Assembly (NCBI GenBank): GCA_037444665.1 | Contig: JBBILZ010000003.1 | Location: 18,073-82,072, forward strand | DNA length: 64,000 nt | Source of the DNA: a candidate division WOR-3 bacterium | GTDB taxonomy: Bacteria > Hydrothermota > Tepidihabitantia > SM23-42 > JAOAFX01 | Direction of reading: 5' to 3' | Shown: positions 36,965-46,952 of the stretch, piece after piece | Layout: each line of letters begins with the position of its first letter | Numbering within the stretch: the first letter of the stretch is position 1 | Program-made: the position numbers and the translations under genes | Notes under the pieces: model-generated | The model's database searches: none | What the model was told of the DNA's origin: nothing | Seen by the model: the letters and a program-made list of their open reading frames with translations, nothing else

Positions 36965-37151
36965 TTCTCCTTTGTATTTGGAGTATATGTATTTTTCCGC
37001 TTATGTCAATACATCTTAAAAATAATAAAAACTATATTTTATTCAAACACTACGAGGAAAAGGAATTGATTTTTATAAAAAATTGCGTATAATCATTCTT
37101 GATGACTCTTCTCAAGCAAAAGTTAAATTATCTTTATGGAGGTAAATTGCT

Positions 37152-38063
37152 ATGAGCATATTGTCGGTCATTGGAAATACTCCACTTGTAGAATTGACTA
37201 ACTTAAATAATAAAAAGCCTCGGGTGAGAATTTTTGGTAAACTTGAAGGATGTAATCCTGGTGGTTCAGTCAAGGACCGTCCTGCCTATTATATGATTCA
37301 GAAAGCAGAAGAATCCAGGCAACTTACAACAGACAAAATAATTATTGAGGCAACATCAGGGAACACAGGAATTGCACTGGCAATGATTGGTGCAGCAAAA
37401 GGTTATCGGGTAAAACTTTTTATGCCTGAGTGCGTGAGTGTTGAGCGACAATATATTCTTCAAGCCTTTGGTGCGGAAGTTGTTCTTACTCCAGCAAAAG
37501 AAGGAACTGATGGCGCAATCAAAAGGGCAATTGAGGTCTTAAAAAGTGAACCAGATAAATATTTTATGCCCAATCAATTTGAAAATGAGTATAATGTTCT
37601 TGCACATTATGAAACAACAGGACCTGAAATTTTCGTCCAGACAAAAGGTGAGATAGATATATTCGTTGCCGGTATGGGCACAACAGGAACATTAATGGGT
37701 GTGAGCAGGTATCTTAAAGAAAAGAAGCCCGAAATAAAGATTATCGGTATTGAGCCGGTAAGGGGTCACACTATTCAGGGATTAAAAAATATGGAAGAAT
37801 CAATTGTCCCGAAGATTTACAATTCCAAAGCACTGGATGAAAAGCTCACTATTGAGGATGGCGAGGCTTTTGAAACAACAAAATTACTCGTGAGAAAAGA
37901 AGGGCTATTTGTTGGTATGTCAAGTGGTGCAGCAGTAGCAGGGGCACTGCGTGTGGCAGAGAAGATTGATTCAGGCACAATCGTTGTAATTTTGCCTGAC
38001 CGAGGTGACCGCTATTTGAGCACCACGCTGTTCAGGTCAATCTGTGCAAAATGCCCGCCATAA
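37152..38063 (+). CDS. cysK: Cysteine synthase (O-acetylserine sulfhydrylase, PLP-dependent)
   Basis: GNTPLVEL..., KLEGCNPGGSVKDRPA (PLP Lys), EATSGNTGIALA, GTTGT loop. Confidence 0.85.
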   Translation: MSILSVIGNTPLVELTNLNNKKPRVRIFGKLEGCNPGGSVKDRPAYYMIQKAEESRQLTTDKIIIEATSGNTGIALAMIGAAKGYRVKLFMPECVSVERQYILQAFGAEVVLTPAKEGTDGAIKRAIEVLKSEPDKYFMPNQFENEYNVLAHYETTGPEIFVQTKGEIDIFVAGMGTTGTLMGVSRYLKEKKPEIKIIGIEPVRGHTIQGLKNMEESIVPKIYNSKALDEKLTIEDGEAFETTKLLVRKEGLFVGMSSGAAVAGALRVAEKIDSGTIVVILPDRGDRYLSTTLFRSICAKCPP

Positions 38064-38121
38064 TATTCTAATCGGAATATTTTTTTATTATTTTTGTATC
38101 TATAATTAAAAGGGGGCTAAC

Positions 38122-39459
38122 ATGTTAAGGTGTTTAGCGATATTTTTATTGGTGTTTTTGTGCAGAGGGCAAGAACCTTCAGGCATTAACCCGGAGAATA
38201 TCACATTGCCTGGTGGCCATAAGGCATGGAAGATAACAATTCCTGGTAACAGACCCCTTGCAACAATTGCGTATGAAAACGGATTAGTCTTTCTTGGTGG
38301 GGGTTATGGTAGTTATGAATTTTATGCCTTAAATGCAGAGACTGGAAAACTTGTCTGGATGTTCAAGACCGGAGATGATGGGCCTACTGCAGCTGTGGTA
38401 AAGAATGGCTATGTAGTATTCAACACAGAATCCTGTATAATTTATGTACTCAAGGCAAAGACTGGTGAGAAGGTATGGGAAAAATGGCTGGGCGACCCTT
38501 TAATGAGCCAACCTGCACTGGATGAAGAGAATGTGTATATGGCATACCCGGGTAAAGATGGCTCACACCATCTTGCTTGTATGAAATTAAAGACTGGCAA
38601 AGAGGTCTGGGATGCAAAGATTGCAGGTGACCTTATATCAGCTCCTATTATTTACAAGGGGTCAGTATATATCACCTGTTTTGATGGGTCAGTATACCGC
38701 TATGATAAAACTAATGGGAAGCTTATCTGGTCGCAAAAGAAGAATGCCACCTGCGCTCCTACCATCTATAATGACAGAATCTTTGTCAGTATGCGCGAGG
38801 CACAAAAAGTAGGAAAGGATTCAGTTAAACAGTATGAAGGGCTCGGTTCTCTTGACCAGAACAATGGCAATCAACAACAAAAAGAAATCTGGGCAAAGAG
38901 GGCGGCTGAATATCTTGTTTATGGCAGAACATCAGCAAAAACCAAACAGCAAGCAGAACTTGATGCAAGTGTTGGATTCAGTTCTGCACCAGGTGCAGCA
39001 AAGATCAATCAAGCAATGGAAAATGTTGGGCAGGGTTCAGTGGTTGGATGCTGGGCATATCAGGGTTCTCGTCCCATTATACGGGATAAATATTCATACA
39101 ATGCGATGGGCAATGAAGTTCAAAGCGTTGATATTGAGACCGGAAAGATTAAGTGGTCGCAAAAATATGATAAATTGACTGAAGAAAGTTATGGCGGCAG
39201 GGTCTTTACTCCTCCTTCTTATGCAAATTCAAAACTCTTTATCGGTTCTGGAAGCGGTGAAATATTCTGTTTGCGCGAGGATAATGGAAAATTGCTCTGG
39301 AAGGAAAAGGTTGATGGCTCAATAAGTTTTCAACCGGCAATAGCGAATGGTTATGTCTTTGTGTCCTGTGATAATGGAAATTTGTATGGAATCAGAACTG
39401 GTGATAAGAATGATGACGGCTGGTATATGTGGGGTGGTAATGCTGAACATAATAAATAA
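38122..39459 (+). CDS. PQQ-like (BamB-type) beta-propeller repeat protein, secreted
   Basis: Signal peptide, then repeated G.V(F/Y)(I/V)....G..Y(A/V/R)(L/Y)...(T/N)GK(L/E)(V/I)W units. Confidence 0.7.
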   Translation: MLRCLAIFLLVFLCRGQEPSGINPENITLPGGHKAWKITIPGNRPLATIAYENGLVFLGGGYGSYEFYALNAETGKLVWMFKTGDDGPTAAVVKNGYVVFNTESCIIYVLKAKTGEKVWEKWLGDPLMSQPALDEENVYMAYPGKDGSHHLACMKLKTGKEVWDAKIAGDLISAPIIYKGSVYITCFDGSVYRYDKTNGKLIWSQKKNATCAPTIYNDRIFVSMREAQKVGKDSVKQYEGLGSLDQNNGNQQQKEIWAKRAAEYLVYGRTSAKTKQQAELDASVGFSSAPGAAKINQAMENVGQGSVVGCWAYQGSRPIIRDKYSYNAMGNEVQSVDIETGKIKWSQKYDKLTEESYGGRVFTPPSYANSKLFIGSGSGEIFCLREDNGKLLWKEKVDGSISFQPAIANGYVFVSCDNGNLYGIRTGDKNDDGWYMWGGNAEHNK

Positions 39460-39676
39460 TTAGGCTCAGGCATTTTAATTTTGTAAAATTTAATTATTTG
39501 TTTTCTATCAGTTTTTTCCTGACTTCGCTTCCCAGAATGTAATTGTATAGTCAAGTGATTGCAACCGGGTGGAAAATGTAGTAACTATTGAAGAGCGGTC
39601 AAGCATAAAATTAATTGTATTTCATCATCAACCCGAAATAACACCATTTATATCGTGTTAGAATAATACTCATTGA

Positions 39677-40243
39677 TTAATCTATCTTTATTGAATTTAT
39701 AAAATTCTGTGCTTTTTCAAAACCCTGGGCAAAGTATATTTCAATGCCCTTGATTCCTTTATTAATAACCTCTTTTAATATTTCTTTCTCTTGATTTTCA
39801 AAACGACTCAAAACAAATTCTGCTGAATCTATCGTGCGCCCTATAGACTCCTGATTAGCAACACCAATGCGCAATCTTGGAAAATCTTCTGTTTGTAATG
39901 CTTCAATAATGGACCTTAATCCAAGGTGTCCACCATCGCTGCCTCGGGCACGAAATCTTAATCTGCCCAGGGGTAGGTTTATGTCATCAACTATTACAAG
40001 AAAATCTTCGGGTTCATTTTCAAGAACACGGGAAACCACAATGCCAGAACGATTCATAAATAAAAGGGGTTTTATTAGTCTTATCCCCTGTTCATTTTTT
40101 TTTATTATCGCCTGTTTGTATCCTGGATAACTGCGAAATTTTATTCTGTATCTCTTTGCAATGTGGTCAAGAAAGATAAAACCAGTATTATGCCTTGTCC
40201 AGCGATATTTAATTCCAGGATTGCCAAGACCAAAGATTATCAT
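39677..40243 (-). CDS. pth: Peptidyl-tRNA hydrolase
   Basis: MIIFGLGNPGIKYRWTRHNTGF...DDINLPLGRLRFRARGSDGGHLGLRSI. Confidence 0.95.
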   Translation of the reverse strand: MIIFGLGNPGIKYRWTRHNTGFIFLDHIAKRYRIKFRSYPGYKQAIIKKNEQGIRLIKPLLFMNRSGIVVSRVLENEPEDFLVIVDDINLPLGRLRFRARGSDGGHLGLRSIIEALQTEDFPRLRIGVANQESIGRTIDSAEFVLSRFENQEKEILKEVINKGIKGIEIYFAQGFEKAQNFINSIKID

Positions 40244-40325
40244 TACGAAGATTTATTTTCTATTGTTTCATTTAGTAAAACAGTACTAGTAAATCAGACA
40301 ATTATATTAATAGAATGCGGCTATT

Positions 40326-41030
40326 TTATTTTCCTTTCTGAACTTCTTTTGTGGGCTTTTCTTCTTTTGGCTTTTCCTCTTTTGGTTTCTCCTCTTTGGA
40401 CGGTTTTTCTTCTTTAACCTCACCCTCTTTTGCCTCTTCTGCTGGTGTTTGCGCTGCTTCAGGAACAGGTGCTGGTTTTTCCACCTTTGGCACAAGTACT
40501 GAAACAACTGCTGTATCAAGCTTTGTCTCAAATTCTATATTTGGTATCACGATATCTTTCAGATGAATAGTCTTACCTATATCCAAATTTGAAATATCAA
40601 CATCAATGTGCGATGGTATTTCATCGGGCAGACATCGTATTGCAACTTCGTATAGATGCTGGTCAAGAAGACCACCTTTCTTAACACCAGGTGCTTCACC
40701 TATTAAGTGGATAGGCACGGTTATCTTTATCTTTTCTTTTTTGCTGATGTGTTGAAAATCAACATGCAATAGTTTTCCATTAATCGGATTATGCTGGATC
40801 GCTTTTATCAAGCAATTATAACTTTTGTCCTTTACCTTCAGATTTATAGTCACGGTTTCTTTTTTCAAAACATTTAGAATTTTATTGAATTCTTTTTCCA
40901 GGACAAAAATCCTCTTATTTTTATCCTTATGGCCATATAAAATTGCAGGAATTTTACCTTCCTGTCTCATTCGTTTTACATCACCCTTTTTCTCAGGTTC
41001 ATATAAATGGGCTTCCAGTTCCAATTTCAT
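40326..41030 (-). CDS. rplY: 50S ribosomal protein L25/Ctc with a Lys/Glu/Pro-rich tail
   Basis: ...RMRQEGKIPAILYGH..., two-domain Ctc architecture. The tail is ...EEKPSKEEKPKEEKPKEEKPTKE. Confidence 0.85.
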   Translation of the reverse strand: MKLELEAHLYEPEKKGDVKRMRQEGKIPAILYGHKDKNKRIFVLEKEFNKILNVLKKETVTINLKVKDKSYNCLIKAIQHNPINGKLLHVDFQHISKKEKIKITVPIHLIGEAPGVKKGGLLDQHLYEVAIRCLPDEIPSHIDVDISNLDIGKTIHLKDIVIPNIEFETKLDTAVVSVLVPKVEKPAPVPEAAQTPAEEAKEGEVKEEKPSKEEKPKEEKPKEEKPTKEVQKGK

Positions 41031-41977
41031 TCTGCAACCTCCTTGAATAAAGAACTTATTGACTCATTATTATGAATTCTTTTTATTGCCTCAGCAAGCA
41101 GTTCGGCAATTGATAAAATATCTAATTTTTCTATCATCTTTTCCCTCGCAATCTTCACGGTATTGGTTATTGCAAGTTTTTTGATTGGCGATTTATTTAA
41201 CCTTGGTATTGCATCGCGCGAAAAAAGACCGTGCACCGCACACACATAAATGTCTTTCACACCCTTATTCACCAGTGCTTCTGCTGCATCTATAATAGTC
41301 CCACCAGTATCAATCATATCATCATATATAATCGCATTCTTACCTTGCACCTCACCAATAACATTCACCACCATTGATTGATTTGGACCAGTGCGCCTCT
41401 TATCAATAATGGCAATTGGAATATCTTTGCCAAGACGGCGTGCAAATGCCCTGACCCGATTTACCCTGCCTGCATCTGGTGAAACAACAATACAATTTTT
41501 GAGTTTTAACTGATGAAAGTAGTCTATAAATACAGGGACTGCATAAAGATGGTCCACTGGAATATTAAAGAATCCCTGAATCTGTTCAGCGTGCAGGTCA
41601 ATTGTTAAAACCCGGTCTGCGCCACTTGCTGCGAGCAGGTCAGCAATCAACTTTGCGGAAATAGGAACCCGTGGCTCATCTTTTCGGTCCTGTCGCGCAT
41701 ATCCATAATAAGGGATTACTGCGGTTATCCTTTCAGCAGATGCCCTTTTTGCTGCATCCAGGAAGAGTAAAAGCTCCAGTAAATTCTCTGCAGGTGGATT
41801 AGTTGATTGGACAATAAAAACATCCTGTCCCCTGATATTTTCTTCTATCTTTATCTTCAATTCACCATCAGCAAACTTCGTAACCGTACTTTTGCTTACA
41901 GATATACCTATATTTTTAGCTATCTCCTGTGTCAATTCAACGCTTGCACTACCTGCAAATAACATTATCTTTGCCAA
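41027..41977 (-). CDS. prs: Ribose-phosphate pyrophosphokinase
   Basis: ...YARQDRK..., DLHAEQIQGFF, the VVSPDAGRV...DDMIDTGGT PRPP loop. The stop overlaps the rplY ATG (ATGA). Confidence 0.95.
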   Translation of the reverse strand: MAKIMLFAGSASVELTQEIAKNIGISVSKSTVTKFADGELKIKIEENIRGQDVFIVQSTNPPAENLLELLLFLDAAKRASAERITAVIPYYGYARQDRKDEPRVPISAKLIADLLAASGADRVLTIDLHAEQIQGFFNIPVDHLYAVPVFIDYFHQLKLKNCIVVSPDAGRVNRVRAFARRLGKDIPIAIIDKRRTGPNQSMVVNVIGEVQGKNAIIYDDMIDTGGTIIDAAEALVNKGVKDIYVCAVHGLFSRDAIPRLNKSPIKKLAITNTVKIAREKMIEKLDILSIAELLAEAIKRIHNNESISSLFKEVAE

Positions 41978-42006
41978 TGAACCCCCTATTCCTATTTAAC
42001 CATACA

Positions 42007-42077
42007 CTGGGGCGGGAGGAGTCGAACCTCCGCAACAGGATCCAAAATCCTGGGTCCTGCCATTAGACGACGCCCCA
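42007..42077 (-). tRNA. tRNA-Gln (anticodon UUG)
   Basis: The reverse complement is TGGGGCG-TC-GTCTAATGGCAGGAC-C-CAGGA-TTTTGGA-TCCTG-TTGC-GGAGGTTCGACTCCTCC-CGCCCCA-G. It folds as a cloverleaf with a T-loop TTCGA, anticodon TTG, and the Gln-typical U1-A72 pair and G73. CCA is not encoded. Confidence 0.9.
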
Positions 42078-42156
42078 AAAAAATCGTCAATCGTTATTGG
42101 GCATAGAGGCTGGTATGGTTTTCGGACTGCTACGCCATAAAACAATAAACCATTTT

Positions 42157-42990
42157 TTATACTGTCTCTGCCTCAAAATACATCGCGCCTATGCCTGACA
42201 GATATTTTATTACCTTCTTCTTCAAATTTTCATCAACAACTGCATAAAGACAGGAGCCACTACCAGACAATGAAACCATATAGACACCCGTGCCCAATAG
42301 ATTATTTTTTATATCCAATAAATGTGGATGCGCCTTAAATACAACCTTTTCAAAATCATTGTTCAAAAATAGTCCTGTTCTTGTCTGCTTCTTCTTTTTT
42401 GCCACTAATATGTTATCCAGGTCAATGCTCGTTGTCAAGTTTAATTTATCATACTCTTCATAAGCCCATTTTGTTGAGATTGGAAAACCCGGATAATAAA
42501 TAATCAGTTCCATTTTTGGCAATTTAAAAAATTTCAATTCATCACCAACGCCCCGGGCAATTGCTGCTCCACCTTTAATGAAAAAAGGCACATCACAGCC
42601 CAATTTCCTGGCAAGTCCCATTAATTCATCATCTGAAATATTAAGATTAAAGATTTCACGCAGACCCTTTAGTACACCTGCTGCATCAGAAGAACCACCA
42701 CCAAGTCCGCCACCAATCGGGATGTTCTTCTGTAAAACTATCTTCACCCCTTCATTAATTCCATAGTGAGACAAAAAGAGTTGTGCTGCCTTAAAACAGA
42801 GATTCTCTTCAGTAGGAATTTTTAGAGTTTCTGCCAAAAGTTCTATTCCAGAATCCTTTTTTTCTATTACCAGCTTATCGCTCAGATTAATTGTAGAAAG
42901 CGTGGTTTCAATATTGTGATAACCATCCTCTCTTTTATTTAATATGGTCAATCCAATATTTATCTTGGCATAAGCATTTATTTTAATCAT
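42157..42990 (-). CDS. ispE: 4-diphosphocytidyl-2-C-methyl-D-erythritol kinase
   Basis: KINIGLTILNKREDGYHNIET... and the GHMP ATP loop IPIGGGLGGGSSDAAG. Confidence 0.9.
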   Translation of the reverse strand: MIKINAYAKINIGLTILNKREDGYHNIETTLSTINLSDKLVIEKKDSGIELLAETLKIPTEENLCFKAAQLFLSHYGINEGVKIVLQKNIPIGGGLGGGSSDAAGVLKGLREIFNLNISDDELMGLARKLGCDVPFFIKGGAAIARGVGDELKFFKLPKMELIIYYPGFPISTKWAYEEYDKLNLTTSIDLDNILVAKKKKQTRTGLFLNNDFEKVVFKAHPHLLDIKNNLLGTGVYMVSLSGSGSCLYAVVDENLKKKVIKYLSGIGAMYFEAETV

Positions 42991-43337
42991 TTTATGACCT
43001 CAATCTTTACCTTCACAACCCCTTTTGCAATCATATCTATATCTCGGGCAGCAGCATAAGAGAGGTCAACAATTCTATTCCTTACAAACGGACCTCGGTC
43101 ATTAACGCGGACAATCACACTCTTTTTATTCTCCATATTTGTAACCCTTATCTTTGTTCCAAAAGGCAGTTTTCTATGGGCACAGGTATAGTCCCATTTA
43201 TTATAAATCTCGCCTGAAGCAGTCTTTTTTCCATGAAATTCATCTCCGTAATAACTCGCCATTCCGTATTCTACAGATTGTGTCTGAACACCACCAGTTA
43301 AGCAGCAACAGCAAAATAAAACATTCAAAACCCACAT
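42987..43337 (-). CDS. rlpA: RlpA-like septal ring lytic transglycosylase (DPBB domain)
   Basis: GMASYYGDEFHGKKTASGEIY....TCAHRKLPFGT.IRVTN..N.KSVIVRVNDRGPF...RIVDLS.AAA. Confidence 0.85.
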   Translation of the reverse strand: MWVLNVLFCCCCLTGGVQTQSVEYGMASYYGDEFHGKKTASGEIYNKWDYTCAHRKLPFGTKIRVTNMENKKSVIVRVNDRGPFVRNRIVDLSYAAARDIDMIAKGVVKVKIEVIK

Positions 43338-43485
43338 ATAATCATTATAATAGAAAATATTTAGTTGTCAATAAAGGGAAGAACTAAATCTTCAATATCT
43401 ATGCTATAACAATTAATTATCTTTGCGCTGCTACATCCTTAATTAATTTAATAAAATTTTCAAGAATCCATTAATGTCTGAATGG

Positions 43486-44340
43486 TTAATATATTATTAT
43501 TATTTTACCTGTTCCAAAATCGTGCCTCACGAAATAGACACCAGCAGGGATAAAACTCCCTTTGTCATCCTTTAAATCCCAGAAACAAATCCTGGAGTTT
43601 TCAGAAGAAAAAGTGCGCACTAATTTTCCGCTGAGATTATAAACATTTATTATTAATGGTTCCTGGGATTCAGGTAAAATAAACTTTACTTTACCTCCCG
43701 GACGAACAATATTGGGGGTCATCACAACCACTTTTTGATCTTTCTTAATGCCTTCATCTTCTTTCACACCGCCAGGTCTTTCTATTGTGAGTTTTACATA
43801 ATTACTCGTATTCTGAGTTGTTCCAGTTGTAGCATTATCGTCAAGCATATTATAAACACGTCTTGGAATGGATTCATTGGTCCGCCACATAGGAACACCT
43901 ACATTATTATCGGTTAGCCACCTGATTTCAACCAGAAGATTGGAAGTATTATCGTAATTAAAACTAAGCGGCCATTCTAACCATTGATTGGCAATCCCAC
44001 TAACTGTGAATGAAGCAGAATCAATTAATAGTTCTGGTGTATTACCACTATAATTATCATCAAAAGTGGAACTCAATTGAGAAACATTGGTGTGACAGAA
44101 GTAAAGTCTGAAATTATTATAAACGCCCGTAGCACTAGTAGAAGGTTGAAACGCAAATTTGATGATCCGACCTTCGGTATTTATTTCACTCTGTAAGAAC
44201 AATACCTGAAATCGGCAGGCATCATAGCTCTGACCCCAGAACGGAATATAGTTACCGATATAAGGGGTGCCTATTATTACTTCAGTTGTGTCCGCAAAGA
44301 CTGTGATACACATAATGAAAACGGTGAGAATGTACTTCAT
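43486..44340 (-). CDS. Hypothetical secreted protein with T9SS C-terminal sorting domain
   Basis: Signal peptide MKYILTVFIMCITVFA. C-terminal ...VYNLSGKLVRTF....WDLKDDKGSFIPAGVYFVRHDFGTGKIIIIY. Confidence 0.65.
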   Translation of the reverse strand: MKYILTVFIMCITVFADTTEVIIGTPYIGNYIPFWGQSYDACRFQVLFLQSEINTEGRIIKFAFQPSTSATGVYNNFRLYFCHTNVSQLSSTFDDNYSGNTPELLIDSASFTVSGIANQWLEWPLSFNYDNTSNLLVEIRWLTDNNVGVPMWRTNESIPRRVYNMLDDNATTGTTQNTSNYVKLTIERPGGVKEDEGIKKDQKVVVMTPNIVRPGGKVKFILPESQEPLIINVYNLSGKLVRTFSSENSRICFWDLKDDKGSFIPAGVYFVRHDFGTGKIIIIY

Positions 44341-44523
44341 ATTACCTCCTCTTTAAAGAATTGTTATAACATTCTACTCAGATACTCTTTGTTGTCAACC
44401 ATTTTTTTTGCCAGCACACCCTTTATCCTGCCCTAAAACGTGTTGAAATTTTAACAAAAATAAATGTAGCGAATCTCCGCTTAGCGCTTCTACCTCTCAT
44501 TTTTAGCCCGGCCTCCTCTCCTT

Positions 44524-44729
44524 GTCATTCTGAGTCCGCCACTTTGTGTGGCGGACGAAGAATCTATCCCGGATTATTCATGCTCAATGCCTGTCCTGGC
44601 GCCAGGCCAGGGTCATTGCGAGCACACGCCGAAGGCGTGGGCGTGGCAATCCCAATTGAGATTCCTCGTTTCACTCGGAATGCCCCTTTGGGGCAGATTG
44701 CTTCGGTAACTTCTTTGCCTCGCAATGAC
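44524..44729. repeat. Cluster of nested-hairpin repeats (GTCATT[CT/GC]GAG-hairpin-CGAAG[A/C]AATC family)
   Basis: Three copies: 44524-44564 gtcattctgag-tccgccac-tttg-tgtggcgga-cgaagaatc; 44612-44651 gtcattgcgag-cacacgcc-gaa-ggcgtg-ggcgtggcaatc; and 44696-44729, the same family inverted (gattgcttcgg...cctcgcaatgac). The cluster also holds the palindrome cctggcgccagg (44595-44606) and gcccc-ttt-ggggc (44682-44694). Confidence 0.7.
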
Positions 44730-44851
44730 AATAGCAAAAACAGAATTTGTTGAATTGACGAATGGATTACAACATTAAATTTTTCTTGAAACCTGTCTAT
44801 TCAGAAATATGATGTAAATGGGAAATAATTATTCAACAGAGCAAAATAGGC

Positions 44852-44879
44852 TTGACAATAAAAAAATTTTGGATATAAT
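44852..44879 (+). promoter_or_regulatory. Orphan consensus promoter
   Basis: TTGACA (44852-57), a 16-nt spacer, then TATAAT (44874-79). No + strand ORF lies downstream. Confidence 0.55.
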
Positions 44880-44885
44880 TTGATA

Positions 44886-44969
44886 CTTGGTCTTTGAAAA
44901 TCGGTTCTTGATGGAAAATGGTTGACGCCTGTTCCTGTTTTGTGCATCAGGATATATCTGGTGCTTTTT
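44886..44969 (+). ncRNA. Candidate ~85-nt small RNA of unknown family
   Basis: It is bracketed by the consensus promoter above and a terminator-like hairpin gcatcagg-atata-tctggtgc (44944-44964) followed by ttttt. The longest ORF is 4 codons. I recognise no known RNA family. Confidence 0.3.
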
Positions 44970-45051
44970 AGGAGCCTGGTTAAAAAACATAATTTTATGG
45001 AACCAAATCGCAATCTTTTAGGATTCGGTTCTTTCAGGGGCGTCAGAAAAA

Positions 45052-45858
45052 TTACAATCTAAAATTTTTTAGGATTGCAGCGGAAGATGTATATTGATAC
45101 GACACCTTGCTCAAAGGATTGTCTCCAGCGAGTCTTTCCTGTTCTTTTATCCAGTTTTCATTACGCACAATCTTTGCCTTTGTCTTTAGAACATTAATAA
45201 AATCATCAATTGTCTGGCGCTGCTTCTCTTCAATTGCCATTGGTCTCAATTGTTCTTTTACTGACTCATAATCTTTGTTGGGCAATTGGTCTTTGTATTG
45301 ATTGAAAAAATCTTTCAATTCCTGTTCACTGATAGTTACACTGTTAGCAATCTTTCTTAACAACAAATTTGCCATTATATCTTCTTTTTTATCTGGGTTC
45401 TGTTTAGCATATTCTTTAAAATCTTCCTGCTGGTCAATCTTCTGTTTCTTTGCCTCACTAATGAGCAGTTGCCTTGTTATTAATTCTTCAAGGAATTCGG
45501 GTTTGTCATCTTTATAATATTCTTTTATCTGGGCAGGCATAATATTCAGCATGCTATCCAGTTGCTTTTTTGTTATTTTTTGGTTATCCACAATTGCCAG
45601 AACATCATCTGTCAATGCAGGGGGGTCATCTGAAATATTCTTTTTTCCTGACTGGGCGATGGTATCTATGGGATTAGGATTTTTTTCAGATACATTTGGT
45701 TCATCTTTTTCTTGTATCTGCGTTGCTATTGTATCCAGAACCTGTGTTTGAGCTTCGCTGGCAGGTTTTTCTGACTTCCTGCTCGTTACAGCAAATAAAA
45801 TAATTAAGATTAATACGATAATCACACCTGTGATAATGTATTTTAACCTATTTGTCAT
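45052..45858 (-). CDS. SurA N-terminal domain-like periplasmic chaperone, membrane anchored
   Basis: The start is moved to ATG 45858 (MTNRLKYIITGVIIVLILIILFAV), preceded by AAAGGAGAG. This removes the overlap with acr3. The body ...VDNQKITKKQLDSML...FLEELITRQLLISEAKK... resembles SurA/PpiD N-domains. No PPIase motif is seen. Confidence 0.5.
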   Translation of the reverse strand: MTNRLKYIITGVIIVLILIILFAVTSRKSEKPASEAQTQVLDTIATQIQEKDEPNVSEKNPNPIDTIAQSGKKNISDDPPALTDDVLAIVDNQKITKKQLDSMLNIMPAQIKEYYKDDKPEFLEELITRQLLISEAKKQKIDQQEDFKEYAKQNPDKKEDIMANLLLRKIANSVTISEQELKDFFNQYKDQLPNKDYESVKEQLRPMAIEEKQRQTIDDFINVLKTKAKIVRNENWIKEQERLAGDNPLSKVSYQYTSSAAILKNFRL

Positions 45859-45890
45859 ATTCTCTCCTTTCATCCAAATTAATAATTTGC

Positions 45891-46937
45891 CTAACCATTG
45901 TGATAATATCTTCTCTTTATCCACAATGCGACATTGACCAGCATTATTAGAACTGGAACTTCAAGAAGGGGTCCAATAACCGTCGCAAATGCCTGACCAG
46001 AACTAATGCCGAAGATTGCAATAGCAACTGCTATTGCCAATTCAAAATCATTACTTGAGGCTGTGAAAGAAACTGCGGTTGCCTGCCCATAATTAGCACC
46101 CAGTTTGTAGACTATAAAGAATGTCACGAACCACATAATCACAAAATACAATACAAGAGGTAGCGCAATCCTTAAAACATGTAAGGGCAACTGGATAATA
46201 TATTCCCCCTTAAGCGAAAACATAACGATAATTGTGAATAACAAGGCGATGAAAGTAACGGGACTTATTTTTGGAATAAACTTGTTTTCATACCACATCC
46301 TGCCCTTTGATTTTATCAACGAAAACCTGGTGATTATACCACCTATAAAGGGTATTCCTAAGTAGATAAAAACCGTCTTTGCTGCTTCCAACATAGAAAC
46401 GCTTACATTCAGGCCCTTGACAAGTCCTAACCAGTTAAGGAGCGTAGGGATAAAAATATAGATGTAAACAGCATAAAAAAGAACCTGAAAGACAGCATTA
46501 AAAGCAACCAGTCCTACGGCGAGTTCTCTGTCTCCTTGTGCGAGCTCATTCCATACAATTACCATGGCAATACATCGTGCAAGTCCGACCAAAATTACGC
46601 CGATCATATATTCGGGGTAACTACGTAAGAAAATAATTGCCAGCACGAACATAAGAACCGGACCAATAATCCAGTTTTGAAGTAGAGAAATGAAAAGTAA
46701 CTTCTTACTCTTGAAGACCTTATCCATCTCCTCATATTTGACCTTCGCCAATGGTGGATACATCATCAATATTAGACCAATCGCAATTGGAATAGAGGTT
46801 GCTCCAATTTGTAGACTGGTGATAAATTTTGTTACAATCGGTAAAGTATAACCAATCCCAACCCCTGCTGCCATTGCGAGAAATATCCACAGGGTCAAGA
46901 ATCTGTCCAGTAAAGAGAGTTTAATCTTTTGTTCCAT
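45891..46937 (-). CDS. acr3: ACR3-family arsenite efflux transporter
   Basis: [24 protein letters not shown]..., 10 TM helices, and the conserved ...RCIAMV... Cys region. It lies in an ars context. Confidence 0.85.
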   Translation of the reverse strand: MEQKIKLSLLDRFLTLWIFLAMAAGVGIGYTLPIVTKFITSLQIGATSIPIAIGLILMMYPPLAKVKYEEMDKVFKSKKLLFISLLQNWIIGPVLMFVLAIIFLRSYPEYMIGVILVGLARCIAMVIVWNELAQGDRELAVGLVAFNAVFQVLFYAVYIYIFIPTLLNWLGLVKGLNVSVSMLEAAKTVFIYLGIPFIGGIITRFSLIKSKGRMWYENKFIPKISPVTFIALLFTIIVMFSLKGEYIIQLPLHVLRIALPLVLYFVIMWFVTFFIVYKLGANYGQATAVSFTASSNDFELAIAVAIAIFGISSGQAFATVIGPLLEVPVLIMLVNVALWIKRRYYHNG

Positions 46938-46952
46938 TTAACCTCCTAATCT

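Noticed and set aside
40326-40480. The Lys/Glu/Pro-rich repeat tail of L25/Ctc (EEKPK x3) and the antisense ORFs over it.
   Set aside because: Low-complexity C-terminal extensions are common in Ctc-type L25 proteins. The overlapping ORFs (40307..40531, 40351..40566) are composition artefacts.
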